Below are positions 18,952 through 28,719 of a DNA stretch of 64,000 nt, piece after piece. This stretch comes from Candidatus Cloacimonadales bacterium. GTDB taxonomy: Bacteria > Cloacimonadota > Cloacimonadia > Cloacimonadales > JAFGVF01. The translations under genes were made by a program, and so were the position numbers. The stretch lies in NCBI GenBank assembly GCA_963663475.2, contig CAXXJV010000001.1, positions 864,001 through 928,000 on the forward strand, written 5' to 3'. Under the pieces are notes generated by a model. That model was not told the DNA's origin, searched no databases, and saw only the letters and a program-made list of their open reading frames with translations. Numbering within the stretch: position 1 is the first letter of the stretch; each line of letters starts with the position of its first letter.

Positions 18952-20751
18952 TTATTCTCTGTCTGCCTTGAGAACTTCTAAGAAAGCTTCCTGAGGTACT
19001 GTAACTGAACCAATTTCTTTCATCTTTTTCTTACCCTTTTTCTGCTTATCTAATAGTTTTCTTTTACGAGAGATATCACCACCATAGCATTTGGCAAGAA
19101 CATCTTTTCGCATAGCATTGATAGTAGAACGAGCAATAATCTTACCTCCAATAGTTGCCTGTAAAGCAATTTTAAAAAGGTGACGGGGAATAACTTCAGA
19201 TAATTTCTCTGTGACTGATTTTCCCCAATTATAAGCCTTATCAACATGGCAAATAAAAGACATAGCATCTACTTTCTCGCCATTAATAAGAATATCTACT
19301 TTGGCAACTTCTGAGGTTTGGTAGTTTTTAAAACTGTAATCAAAGGAAGCATAACCTCTAGATAAGGTTTTTAATTTATCGTAAAAATCAAAGATAATTT
19401 CTATCAAAGGTAGATCGTAGTGAAGAGCAACTCTTTTATCATCGATATATTGAATATCTTTTTGCACCCCTCTTCTATCTTGAGCTAACTGCATGATATT
19501 GCCAATGTATTCTGAGGGGAGAATTATTTCTACATTCATCACTGGTTCCTCTATAAAATCTATGACGGTTGGGTCTGGGAAATCAATAGGATTATAGACT
19601 ATTTTTTCCGAACCATCCTTGAGGTGAATGATGAATTTAACACTGGGTGTTGTAGCAATAATAGGTACATTATACTCCCTGAAAAGTCTTTCTTTAACAA
19701 TTTCTAGATGTAACATACCTAAGAATCCACATCTAAATCCGTAACCCAAGGCTAAAGAGCTTTCTTTTTCGTAAATGAGGGATGAATCATTGAGCTTGAG
19801 TTTACCCATTGCCTCTACTAAATTAGCATAATCATCACCATCAATTGGGAAAATACCACTATATACCATTGGTTTAGGTTCTTCATAACCCTTGATAGCT
19901 TGCTGACAACCATTCTTCTCTGAAGTAATAGTGTCACCAACTCTGGCATTAGCAATTTCTTTAATATTACAGATGAGATAACCTACTTCTCCTGTTGTTA
20001 ACTCTTTTGTAGGCTCTAGTTTCATTCCTAGATAACCAAGCTCTTCAATATCATATACTTTATCAGTTTGCATTAATCTGATGGAGTCTCCCTTGCGTAG
20101 CTTTCCTTCAAAAACTCTTACTAAGACTACAACTCCTCTATAAGTATCAAAATATGAATCAAAAATCACAGCTTTAGGGGGAGCATCTTCCTTGCCTTGA
20201 GGAGCTGGAATAGTCTCAACTATGCCATCTAATAGGTCTTCAACCCCAAGTCCACTTTTTGCTGAAACTTTAAAGATATGGTCTGGATCACAACCAAGTA
20301 ATTCTATTAAGTCATGTTCAGTGCCTTCAACATCTGCCTTGGGTAAATCAATCTTATTAATAACAGGAATAATCTCTAAATTATTATCCATTGCTAAATA
20401 GAGATTACTCATTGTTTGAGCTTCTATCCCTTGAGCTGCATCCACAAGAAGTAGGGCTGCTTCACAAGATGCTAATGATCTTGAGACCTCATAAGTAAAG
20501 TCAACATGACCAGGAGTATCAATTAAATTGAAAACATACTCTACTTTATCTTTAGTATGTTTCATTCTAATTGCATGGGATTTTATGGTAATCCCTTTTT
20601 CGCGTTCAAGATCCATATTGTCTAAGACTTGATCAACGATTTTAGTTCTATCTATAGTATTTGTCGCTTCTAATAATCGGTCAGCCAAAGTTGATTTACC
20701 ATGGTCAATGTGAGCAATTATACAGAAATTTCTAATATTTGTTTGTTTCAT
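18952..20751 (-). CDS. lepA: Elongation factor 4
   Basis: IRNFCIIAHIDHGKSTLADR, DTPGHVDF, KCYGGDISRKRKLL. Start at ATG 20751 behind GAGG. Confidence 0.99.
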   Translation of the reverse strand: MKQTNIRNFCIIAHIDHGKSTLADRLLEATNTIDRTKIVDQVLDNMDLEREKGITIKSHAIRMKHTKDKVEYVFNLIDTPGHVDFTYEVSRSLASCEAALLLVDAAQGIEAQTMSNLYLAMDNNLEIIPVINKIDLPKADVEGTEHDLIELLGCDPDHIFKVSAKSGLGVEDLLDGIVETIPAPQGKEDAPPKAVIFDSYFDTYRGVVVLVRVFEGKLRKGDSIRLMQTDKVYDIEELGYLGMKLEPTKELTTGEVGYLICNIKEIANARVGDTITSEKNGCQQAIKGYEEPKPMVYSGIFPIDGDDYANLVEAMGKLKLNDSSLIYEKESSLALGYGFRCGFLGMLHLEIVKERLFREYNVPIIATTPSVKFIIHLKDGSEKIVYNPIDFPDPTVIDFIEEPVMNVEIILPSEYIGNIMQLAQDRRGVQKDIQYIDDKRVALHYDLPLIEIIFDFYDKLKTLSRGYASFDYSFKNYQTSEVAKVDILINGEKVDAMSFICHVDKAYNWGKSVTEKLSEVIPRHLFKIALQATIGGKIIARSTINAMRKDVLAKCYGGDISRKRKLLDKQKKGKKKMKEIGSVTVPQEAFLEVLKADRE

Positions 20752-20898
20752 ATATTTATACCTCAAACAAACCCTATTTTTTTGGGGGATTTTGTGTCAA
20801 TAGAAAAAAGTGGAAAGGGGGATTAGGACATTAGAGAAAGTCTTCAACAATCAAAATCCACTGGAAAAGTAATAATATTCAACTAATGTTAACCTCGT

Positions 20899-21097
20899 TT
20901 ATCTCAAATGGTGCAGTAGAACTTTGATACTACTTCGCTAAAGCTACTTATCACAGGTGAAGAGTGCAGATTATTCTTGCAAAATAACCTACAGAATTTT
21001 GACGCATATAATATATATATTCGGAGAAACTATGTAAGTTATTTTTGCAGAAGAATATAGTACTATTCGCAAAGGTCTACTGCATTATTTGAGTTTA
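20899..21097 (-). mobile_element. Foldback MITE family A, long (~200 bp) form, inverted
   Basis: Reverse complement aligns to the family; carries the 30-bp CCTGTGATAAGTAGCTTTAGCGAAGTAGTA insert. Confidence 0.85.
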
Positions 21098-21227
21098 TCT
21101 TCTACTCACTCTTATCAGGCAATATACACCTGTGAATAACTCAATTTTCCTCTTACAATATTAAGCCCCATTATTTTTAAGAATATATATTATTATAAGT
21201 AGACTAATTTATGATTTGTAGCTTATT

Positions 21228-21306
21228 CATCCTTAACCCTTCCTTTACAGTCTTTCGATGAAAGTCCGTGTTTCATCGAAAGACTGTAAAGGAAGGGTTA
21301 AGGATG
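21228..21306. repeat. 79-bp palindrome, copy 1 (36-bp perfect arms, 7-nt loop)
   Basis: CATCCTTAACCCTTCCTTTACAGTCTTTCGATGAAA-GTCCGTG-reverse complement. Confidence 0.95.
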
Positions 21307-21420
21307 CTATAGGGATCTGAATAGGATTCTTATGATCAAGTTTATGTTTTGAAGAAAGATAAATGTATAAGATAAGGGCTAAGTTGATAAAGTAATTGCT
21401 AAAATATCAGTGATAGTGAT

Positions 21421-21621
21421 TTAACCTAAATAACGCATTAGATCTTTGCGAATAGCAGAATCTTCTTTTGCAAGAGTAAGCTACATAATTTTCATGAATA
21501 TATATATTATATGCATTCAAACTCTGTAACTTATTTTGCTAAAAGAATCTAGCACTCTTCACCTGTGATAAGTAGCTTTAGCGAAGTAGTATCGAAGTTC
21601 AAATGCACTATTCTGGTTTAA
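21421..21621 (+). mobile_element. Foldback MITE family A, long form
   Basis: TTAACCTAAATAACGCA...TGCACTATTCTGGTTTAA with the 30-bp insert. Confidence 0.85.
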
Positions 21622-21762
21622 GAATCATCTTATCTAGCTACAAAATATATTATTAATGGTAAAATAACATTGATAACTTTATTTGATATAATTAATATGC
21701 TATTATTGATGTCTATTTTTTTTGAAATTATAAAAGGGTGTTTGCCAAATTTCACCAAAAGC

Positions 21763-21791
21763 TTGACAGCTTGTGGAATAGTCTTTATTCT
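21763..21791 (+). promoter_or_regulatory. Putative sigma70 promoter
   Basis: TTGACA-N17-TATTCT upstream of the 21929 ORF. Confidence 0.45.
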
Positions 21792-21928
21792 ATCTCACAA
21801 TAAGTTTATTAATAGAATACTCGTAGGATAATAATGTAATTTATCATTATTTACCTTGTTTAGTTAGGCAAGGTAAAGATTATAAGGAATGAATATTAGG
21901 AATATAACAAGTGTGAGGAGTATGGCTT

Positions 21929-22153
21929 ATGTTTTTTAAGATTAGAGAGATATTTAGTAGTTTTTTTTCTTCAATTAGTGGTTGGGGAAAGATAGTATTC
22001 ATTTTAAGTATTATTATCACAATTGCACTTGTGTGGCAACACAAGCTAGTCTTTTATTACCATTTACCATTTCTTTTACTAGGAATTCCTTTTGCTGTAA
22101 CCTACCTTTTTGAATTTATTTATAACTTATTCAGAAATAGACCTAGTAGTTAG
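21929..22153 (+). CDS. Small hydrophobic membrane protein (2 TM), possibly truncated
   Basis: GAGGAG upstream; two hydrophobic stretches; the stop codon lies in the adjacent MITE remnant. Confidence 0.55.
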   Translation: MFFKIREIFSSFFSSISGWGKIVFILSIIITIALVWQHKLVFYYHLPFLLLGIPFAVTYLFEFIYNLFRNRPSS

Positions 22154-22317
22154 CTGAATATTCTTTTGCAAAAGTAAGATCCATAATTCTTACGAATATA
22201 TAGGTTATATGCCTTCAAATTCTGTAACTTATTTTGTTAAGATAATATGCACTCTTCACCTGTGATACGTAGCTTTAGCGAAGTATTACTAAAATTCTAC
22301 TGCACCATTCGGGATAA
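22151..22317 (+). mobile_element. MITE family A, long form, 5'-truncated
   Basis: Internal body and right end TGCACCATTCGGGATAA present; left TIR absent. Confidence 0.8.
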
Positions 22318-22492
22318 TTTGGGAAAAGTGTAGTTTTTTTTCAACACTTTGCCAAGAGAGAGCTGAAAATTTCTCACCAAGGAAGATTATATGAAGAGTG
22401 ACGGGAGTTGCTCACGGAGTAGCGACTTCCGACACTCTTCACCCGAAGTCCCTTGCCTACGGCTGAGGAAGTCTGGTCTCCAACAAAAAGTA

Positions 22493-22970
22493 GGCTCAAG
22501 TTCAAGTCTGGTGGTAAATAAGAGACTTTCATTATAGCATATTGCTTGAATAATAGAAAGTTACAAGTAAGAATATACTGTTAAGAGTATGTTTTGTTTG
22601 ATGATAAGTACTAAATCCTGAAAGGATAAGTCTTAAATCCTCAAAGGGGATAAATAGTTTAGCCTAGGGTAAATTCCTGAAGGGAATGCAACCCTGGGTA
22701 CTGGTGATGAAAAACAAAGCCTAACCCTGAAAGGGTTAAATAACATCATATATACCATAGACTTATACAATAATATATTATTTATCATTTTATTAAACCC
22801 TTACAGGGTAACATCTTTGGGCTAGCCATCATTACCCAGGGTTGCGATACTTTCAGCATCTTACCCTGGGCTAAATTATTTTATCCCTTTCAGGGATTTT
22901 TGATGAATTAATATAGTAATGAAATATTCTAATTTTCCTATATTATTCCCACCAGACTTGAACTTGAGCC
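22493..22970. mobile_element. Non-autonomous 478-bp element with perfect 22-bp TIRs (family B)
   Basis: GGCTCAAGTTCAAGTCTGGTGG (22493-22514) and CCACCAGACTTGAACTTGAGCC (22949-22970); no ORF. Confidence 0.8.
22635..22900. repeat. REPIN-like inverted doublet (~110-bp arms) nested in the family B element
   Basis: Arms 22635-22743 and 22790-22900 are imperfect reverse complements, each with CCCTGAAAGGG and CCCAGGGT...ACCCTGGG hairpins. Confidence 0.75.
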
Positions 22971-23046
22971 AAAAAAATTAAAAAACTATTATAAAATCTT
23001 GACTAATTTAAATTAGCTAGTAAAATTAAATTGTTATTTGTAAGTA

Positions 23047-23212
23047 TTATCCCAAAATAATACAGTAGATCTTTGAGAATAGCAAAATATTTTTTTTGCA
23101 AAAGTAGCTTTCATAATTCTCTTGAATATATCTCATTCGTCCGAATTCTGTAAGTTGTTTTGCTAAAAGAATCTGCATTCTTCTTCAAAGCTCTATGTAG
23201 CAGCTGGGATTA
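23047..23212 (+). mobile_element. MITE family A, degenerate short form
   Basis: CCCAAAATAATACAGTAGATCTTTG...GCTAAAAGAATC...CAAAGCTCTA. Confidence 0.75.
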
Positions 23213-23416
23213 TGATAAATAAGGTTTGGGATAGGACTTGTTATTATCAGTCTAAAAGAAAAAGAAAACAAGTACTATTAGTAGTTAAAGTAGAGTAGAG
23301 CTCTACTATACTTAAAATGTCACGAATAATAAAAAAACTAAACAGTGCATTAGCCACTAAAATTCTATTGCACTTGCTTGGTTTAAGACAAGTTAATTTT
23401 TTAACAAGGAGTAAAG

Positions 23417-26400
23417 ATGCATAGCAAAGAATGGAATAGTGATATTTTGGTTAAATTAAAGGCAATAGCACTTCATTTTGATCCAGAACATTTAACAACT
23501 TATACCCTAGGTTTAGCAGTTTTAGCTTTAGAAGAAAGCCGAGAAATTTTAATTAACAAGTTAAAGATAGACCCCTTTTGTTTGAGACAAGTAGATTTAC
23601 CTGATTATGAGATTCCTGAGAATCTAGCAGATATTCCTTGGCCGACTATCCTATGCGAATCAAATAGTAACTGGTTTGATAGTGATGATGATAATGATAA
23701 GAATTCAAGTGAAGATGATGAAATTGATAAAGAAATTAAGAGAATGCTGGCAGAGTTACAAGAAGATGATGATGATAATTTTGATGATTCTGATGAATTA
23801 ACTTATGATGATGAACATGATCAATGGGTCTTTAATAGAGATGATGATAATGATGAAGAAATAGACCCAGAGGATGATGTTTTTAAGTTCATGGAGTTTG
23901 CAGATGAAGAAGCTGAAGAAAATGAAGAAGCTGAAGAAGATGAAGCAGAGGAAACAGATGAAACTGAGAAAGATAGCACAAAAGCTTATGGAATAAAAAG
24001 TGAAATTGATGATGAAGAGTTTAAAATAGATAATCCAAAAGACTTAGTGGATAAAATAGTTGATACCCTTCACGGTAATTTCTGGTATAAGAGAGAATAT
24101 TATGCCAATTCGAATGAAGTGATAATGACCTTAAATACAATTTTTGAGGAAGTTGAAACAGAATTTTCCTATTACAAAGAACAACTAGGACTTTTAAAGG
24201 AGTTAATCATTAACCAAATTTTAGATGGTCAATTTTCAGATAATCAGATAAATCCTTTGCCTATTGTGATTTGCTCTTTTGAAGCCAATAATATTAGCCC
24301 CATACTCAACTATATAGCCAAAAAGATGCATTATAAATTTAACTTCATAGAAGAAACCCTTTCGCTTTCAGACCATTTTAACTATAATACAATGTTTCCT
24401 TTCACAATGGATGTCATTCGTTTTAGCGATAAAAAGACTGATTTTACTGATGAGATTCATAAACTTTTAGATTATTATGAAACAGGTATTTTTCAGCATA
24501 GTTTTGAAGCTGATTCAAGTGAGGATTTCTTTAATTTTCTGTCAGATAGTTCAAAGAAAGAAACTGACGATAAGGAGTTTAATAAAGACTTCTTCTTCAG
24601 AAATCATTTAATTATATTCTTATTACAGATAGATTCGGATATTGATGTTGATTTTCACATGAGTAATGAAAAGATAAAAACTACTATTACCTCTTTTTAT
24701 AAAGATAGTTATCTCGCTGACCAGCATGAAGGCATTTATAATACTTATAATAAATATAAAGCCCTTTTTAAAGCTATTAAATCTGAGAAGTTAATCCTGT
24801 TTGATTATGGCGAAACTAGACTGATTCTAGCAAAAATCAAGGACTTTGTAGATTCATTGCTAGCTAGATACCCCGAAATCAAGCTAATCTTGGCTAGGGA
24901 TATTGAAAAAATCATTTTTTTCAATGTTCTCAAAGTAGGAGGATTTGATCTAAATTCTCTCAAGCTTGCTATATCGCACTCCATTTATAAGCTAAATCAA
25001 TTATTACTTTTCCATAATTCTCAAGATAAGATAAACCGAGTACGTTTTGATGTTAAAAATACTAAGATTAAAGATTTTATGCAGATGCTTCATAATAATA
25101 AAAGTAGCTATGAAATTATCCAGTATATAGAAGATAATTTCTTAAAACATAGTCAAAAGTTAACTTACAGTATTGATTATGACCAGACACAGAAGGAATT
25201 CATCTTTACAGATTTGAACTTAGAAACAATAATCAGAGAAGGTTCTAATCTTACCCAAAGACCTGAGGTGAGGTTTAAAGATGTCATAGGTTGTGAAGAA
25301 GTAAAAAAACGCTTCGCTAAAATAATTGACTATTACAAGGACAAATCATTTTTCCTAGAAAAGGGAATTAAAATGAGTAATAGAATTCTTCTCATAGGAC
25401 CTCCAGGCACTGGTAAGACTATGGTTGCTAAGGCCTTTGCAGGAGAAATAGGACTACCTTTTTATGCTATTTCAGCTGCTGAAGTTACTTCTCAACAATG
25501 GGCAGGCTGGGGGGCTAGTCTCCTAAGAAAGATCTTTTACAAAGCAAAAAAGAACAAGCCCTGTGTAGTCTTCCTTGATGAAATTGATGCCTTTGGTAAT
25601 CGAGGTCAGTTTAATGGTGATGATGGGGGAGTTGGTTATGATGCAAAGAGTATTATGAATACCTTACTTGTTCTGCTAGATGGAGTTGAAGATAATAATG
25701 ATGTAATTGTGATTGGGGCTACTAATAGACCAGAAGATTTAGATGATGCTTTGATTAGATCAAAAAGATTTGGATTAAAGTTTGAGATAAAAGCCTTAAC
25801 TTCTGCTCAGAGAATTCAACTTATAAAACTTCATCTAAAAGAAAAAAATGTCCAGGGAGATTATGAAAAGTTAGTTACTCACATTAAAGACAGAACTTAT
25901 GGAGAATTCTCTGCAGCTAAAATTGTTGAATTAATTGAAGAAACCCAAATCTATGCCCTAATTGATAAGAAAACTAAAGTTACTGCTAACCACTTTGACT
26001 ACATCATTGATAAGTTTATTTTAGGTGAAAAAATTTCTAATCTAAATCCTGATTATAAGAAAAATGTAGCTATTCATGAAGCAGGTCATGCAGTAATTCA
26101 CCAAATGCTTTTCCCAGAAAATTCTATCCAGAGTCTGTCTCTTGGCTTAAGAAAATCCTCTGTTGGGATAACTCTCTACAAGAAAGAGAATAGCGATAAT
26201 GGTTATGAAGAACTTAAAAATACCGAAATAATTAATCATATTGTCATAGCCCTAGCTGGAATGCAAGCTGAAAAGATTATGTTCGGACATTGGGATTTAG
26301 GCTCTAGTGATGACTTTGTTGTTGCCACCCATATGAGCCTTCAACTTGCCTGTAATTTAGACTTAGGAAAAGGAATCTCTCCTGTAATTGATTATAGTTT

Positions 26401-26653
26401 AATGGTCTTAGATTTGGGAGGTAAAGAAATATCCCCAGAAACTAAGGAAATATTGCATGAGTTAGTGGAGATTTGCTCCCAGAAAGCTGGTGAATTGCTT
26501 AGGGGAAATTGGGAATATGTGCTGAAATTGGCTGGAGAATTAGAGGAAAAAGAAGACTTGAATTGGGAGGATATTAGACCGCTTCTAGAGGGATTGAAGC
26601 CTTATAGAGGAGCTTTGGTTGATAAGCTTATGGGGGTTGAGGTGAAGGTGTAG
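23417..26653 (+). CDS. Soluble FtsH-like AAA+ ATPase / M41 metalloprotease with long acidic N-terminal region
   Basis: VRFKDVIG, GPPGTGKT, VFLDEIDA, ATNRPEDLDDALIRSKRF, HEAGH, LAG..AE; no TM helices. Confidence 0.9.
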   Translation: MHSKEWNSDILVKLKAIALHFDPEHLTTYTLGLAVLALEESREILINKLKIDPFCLRQVDLPDYEIPENLADIPWPTILCESNSNWFDSDDDNDKNSSEDDEIDKEIKRMLAELQEDDDDNFDDSDELTYDDEHDQWVFNRDDDNDEEIDPEDDVFKFMEFADEEAEENEEAEEDEAEETDETEKDSTKAYGIKSEIDDEEFKIDNPKDLVDKIVDTLHGNFWYKREYYANSNEVIMTLNTIFEEVETEFSYYKEQLGLLKELIINQILDGQFSDNQINPLPIVICSFEANNISPILNYIAKKMHYKFNFIEETLSLSDHFNYNTMFPFTMDVIRFSDKKTDFTDEIHKLLDYYETGIFQHSFEADSSEDFFNFLSDSSKKETDDKEFNKDFFFRNHLIIFLLQIDSDIDVDFHMSNEKIKTTITSFYKDSYLADQHEGIYNTYNKYKALFKAIKSEKLILFDYGETRLILAKIKDFVDSLLARYPEIKLILARDIEKIIFFNVLKVGGFDLNSLKLAISHSIYKLNQLLLFHNSQDKINRVRFDVKNTKIKDFMQMLHNNKSSYEIIQYIEDNFLKHSQKLTYSIDYDQTQKEFIFTDLNLETIIREGSNLTQRPEVRFKDVIGCEEVKKRFAKIIDYYKDKSFFLEKGIKMSNRILLIGPPGTGKTMVAKAFAGEIGLPFYAISAAEVTSQQWAGWGASLLRKIFYKAKKNKPCVVFLDEIDAFGNRGQFNGDDGGVGYDAKSIMNTLLVLLDGVEDNNDVIVIGATNRPEDLDDALIRSKRFGLKFEIKALTSAQRIQLIKLHLKEKNVQGDYEKLVTHIKDRTYGEFSAAKIVELIEETQIYALIDKKTKVTANHFDYIIDKFILGEKISNLNPDYKKNVAIHEAGHAVIHQMLFPENSIQSLSLGLRKSSVGITLYKKENSDNGYEELKNTEIINHIVIALAGMQAEKIMFGHWDLGSSDDFVVATHMSLQLACNLDLGKGISPVIDYSLMVLDLGGKEISPETKEILHELVEICSQKAGELLRGNWEYVLKLAGELEEKEDLNWEDIRPLLEGLKPYRGALVDKLMGVEVKV

Positions 26654-26691
26654 TAATGTGGAAGGAGAATTTCTTAATCAAAGAGGTATTA

Positions 26692-26744
26692 TTGCAGAAG
26701 AAAATTCTGCTAATCACAAAAGTCTACTGCGTTATTTGGGTAAA
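26692..26744 (-). mobile_element. MITE family A, left-end fragment
   Basis: Reverse complement reads TTTACCCAAATAACGCAGTAGACTTTTGTGATTAGCAGAATTTTCTTCTGCAA. Confidence 0.7.
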
Positions 26745-26836
26745 ATCGTGACTGGGTGATGGTAAATCCTATTGTTATCTCCAAAGGGAAGTACTTCTAA
26801 TTACGGAAGATATGAGGAATTATGATTATTATACTG

Positions 26837-26861
26837 GAGGGATAGATGACTTCTATCCCTC
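26837..26861. terminator. Hairpin between convergent genes
   Basis: GAGGGATAGA-TGACT-TCTATCCCTC. Confidence 0.5.
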
Positions 26862-27053
26862 TGTTATTAATTCAATATCATCATCTGATAATCTACTTCT
26901 TAATAATGAATCTATACAAATGATAGAAAAAGTTTTAAAGTAGGTGATTGTATAGTTGTCAGGAACCCTTTATGCTATATTAGTAGGAATGAGAAGGATT
27001 ATTTTATGGGCGATTTTTGTGTTGAGGTGTGAGATAAAAAGGGGGTAATTAGT

Positions 27054-27491
27054 TCAATAATCAGTATGATTACTAGGTATATCAGTATGACTTCTTCTAT
27101 TATGAGTATCTGTATGTTTAGATTTCTGTCCAAAATCCTTGTGTGAAGGTGACTTCACTCCACCATAATTGAAATCAGAATGATTAATCCAATCTCCTTG
27201 ATCAATGTGAGATGGTTTCTGGTGTTCTATTCCAAAATCAAAATCTGTATGATTGCCAATTGTAGTAGTATCAGTATGTGGCATTTTAATACCATAGTCT
27301 TTATGTTTCTGCCCATAATCTAAATGTTGTAACTCATAATTATTATGACTTCTATTATCATGCATATCGGATAAAATAATCTCTCGCTTTTGGATTGCTT
27401 CGTAACATTTTATCAAACGTTTGTTGGTAAAGGAAATTTTGTCATCAGATAGACAAAAATTAGCAATATACTTAAGTTTCTCTTTCATCAT
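27054..27491 (-). CDS. His-x-Asp repeat protein, candidate rSAM-modified RiPP precursor
   Basis: ~43-aa leader-like N-terminus, then 10 HxD and 2 HxN motifs; 4-nt overlap with the rSAM gene. Confidence 0.75.
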   Translation of the reverse strand: MMKEKLKYIANFCLSDDKISFTNKRLIKCYEAIQKREIILSDMHDNRSHNNYELQHLDYGQKHKDYGIKMPHTDTTTIGNHTDFDFGIEHQKPSHIDQGDWINHSDFNYGGVKSPSHKDFGQKSKHTDTHNRRSHTDIPSNHTDY

Positions 27492-28567
27492 AGTTTTACC
27501 TCTCTATAAATAACATTCGTGATTTTTTCAAAGATCATTTTATAAGACTCACAAAAAATATCTTTACTATCTAAATCATTATGACCTATTAGTGCGTTAT
27601 AAGGGCATCCAGAGTAACATATATTAAAATAGTCACATTGAAGGCATTTAGATTTCAAAAAACTTCTGTTCTTTAAAGCTTGTTTTGTTCTATGTTTAAA
27701 AATATCTTTAAGAGTTGAGGTGTTGATATTCCCTAGTTTATACTCTTCTAGATAATCGAACCTATTACAAGGATAAATATCTCCATTACTACTTATTGAA
27801 ATAAAATAATCTTGGCATGAAACTGAATGATTACAACTACAGGGCTCAAATCTTTTGTAGCTGAGAATATTTTCGATAAACTGTTCAAAAGTAATAATAG
27901 TATTCTCAATATTTTTATCATTATACCAAAGATCAAATAAATCTATCATAAACTGACCAAAATCTAAAGGAGATATTGCAAAATTTTTATTATTAGATAT
28001 CAGAGGATTAAATTTCCAGTTAATATTATTTTCCTTAAAAAAATCATAAATAGCACTAACATTCTGTGAACTTTTTTTAGATATTACTGCAATTGTACCA
28101 AATCTAATTTTTTCTTTTTGTAGCAATTTAATATTTGAAAAGACAGACGAAAAAGAACCCTTACCATTTTTATCTATTCTATAAAAATCATGAATTTCTT
28201 GTGGGCCATCTATACTTAGCCCTAAATTAATCTCATTATCCTTTATTAGGTCAACCCACTCCTTATTAATAAGAGTAGCATTAGTCTGTATGCAATTATG
28301 GTATTTATCATTAGGTAATATTCGTTTTTGATAATTAATTATTTTTTGGAAGTTATCAATACCTGTCAATAATGGTTCTGAACCATGCCATATGAAACTT
28401 ATTGTATTGCCTTCTTTAATTAATTTGTTGGCTTCTGTAAAGATTTTATTACATACAGAAAGACTAATTAACTCCTTTGATGAAATTGAACTATTGTCAT
28501 AGCAATACAAACAGTTCAAATTGCATTTGTTAATTGGCTTTATTATTATTTCATAGTGATTATTCAT
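27488..28567 (-). CDS. Radical SAM/SPASM domain maturase
   Basis: CNLNCLYC, WHGSEPLL, QTNAT, SIDG, GDIYPC, CLQC..FNICYSGCP...FC. Confidence 0.93.
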   Translation of the reverse strand: MNNHYEIIIKPINKCNLNCLYCYDNSSISSKELISLSVCNKIFTEANKLIKEGNTISFIWHGSEPLLTGIDNFQKIINYQKRILPNDKYHNCIQTNATLINKEWVDLIKDNEINLGLSIDGPQEIHDFYRIDKNGKGSFSSVFSNIKLLQKEKIRFGTIAVISKKSSQNVSAIYDFFKENNINWKFNPLISNNKNFAISPLDFGQFMIDLFDLWYNDKNIENTIITFEQFIENILSYKRFEPCSCNHSVSCQDYFISISSNGDIYPCNRFDYLEEYKLGNINTSTLKDIFKHRTKQALKNRSFLKSKCLQCDYFNICYSGCPYNALIGHNDLDSKDIFCESYKMIFEKITNVIYREVKL

Positions 28568-28719
28568 AATTAGTCCTTTATTAATTGAACTGATTTCATT
28601 GCCTATCTTTAGTTTTTACTATAAATTATGGGTATGAGAATAGCATTAAGTTGATTAAGGATAAATCATTAGTTAGATAATTCTAAGCTGAACAATTCAA
28701 TCTTATTAGTAATCAATTG

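Noticed and set aside
23417-26653. Housekeeping ftsH
   Set aside because: No TM or periplasmic domain, and the FVGVGA pore loop is replaced by WAGWGA.
27488-28567. Anaerobic sulfatase maturase assignment
   Set aside because: No sulfatase nearby and the gene is coupled to a repeat peptide; not fully excluded without a search.
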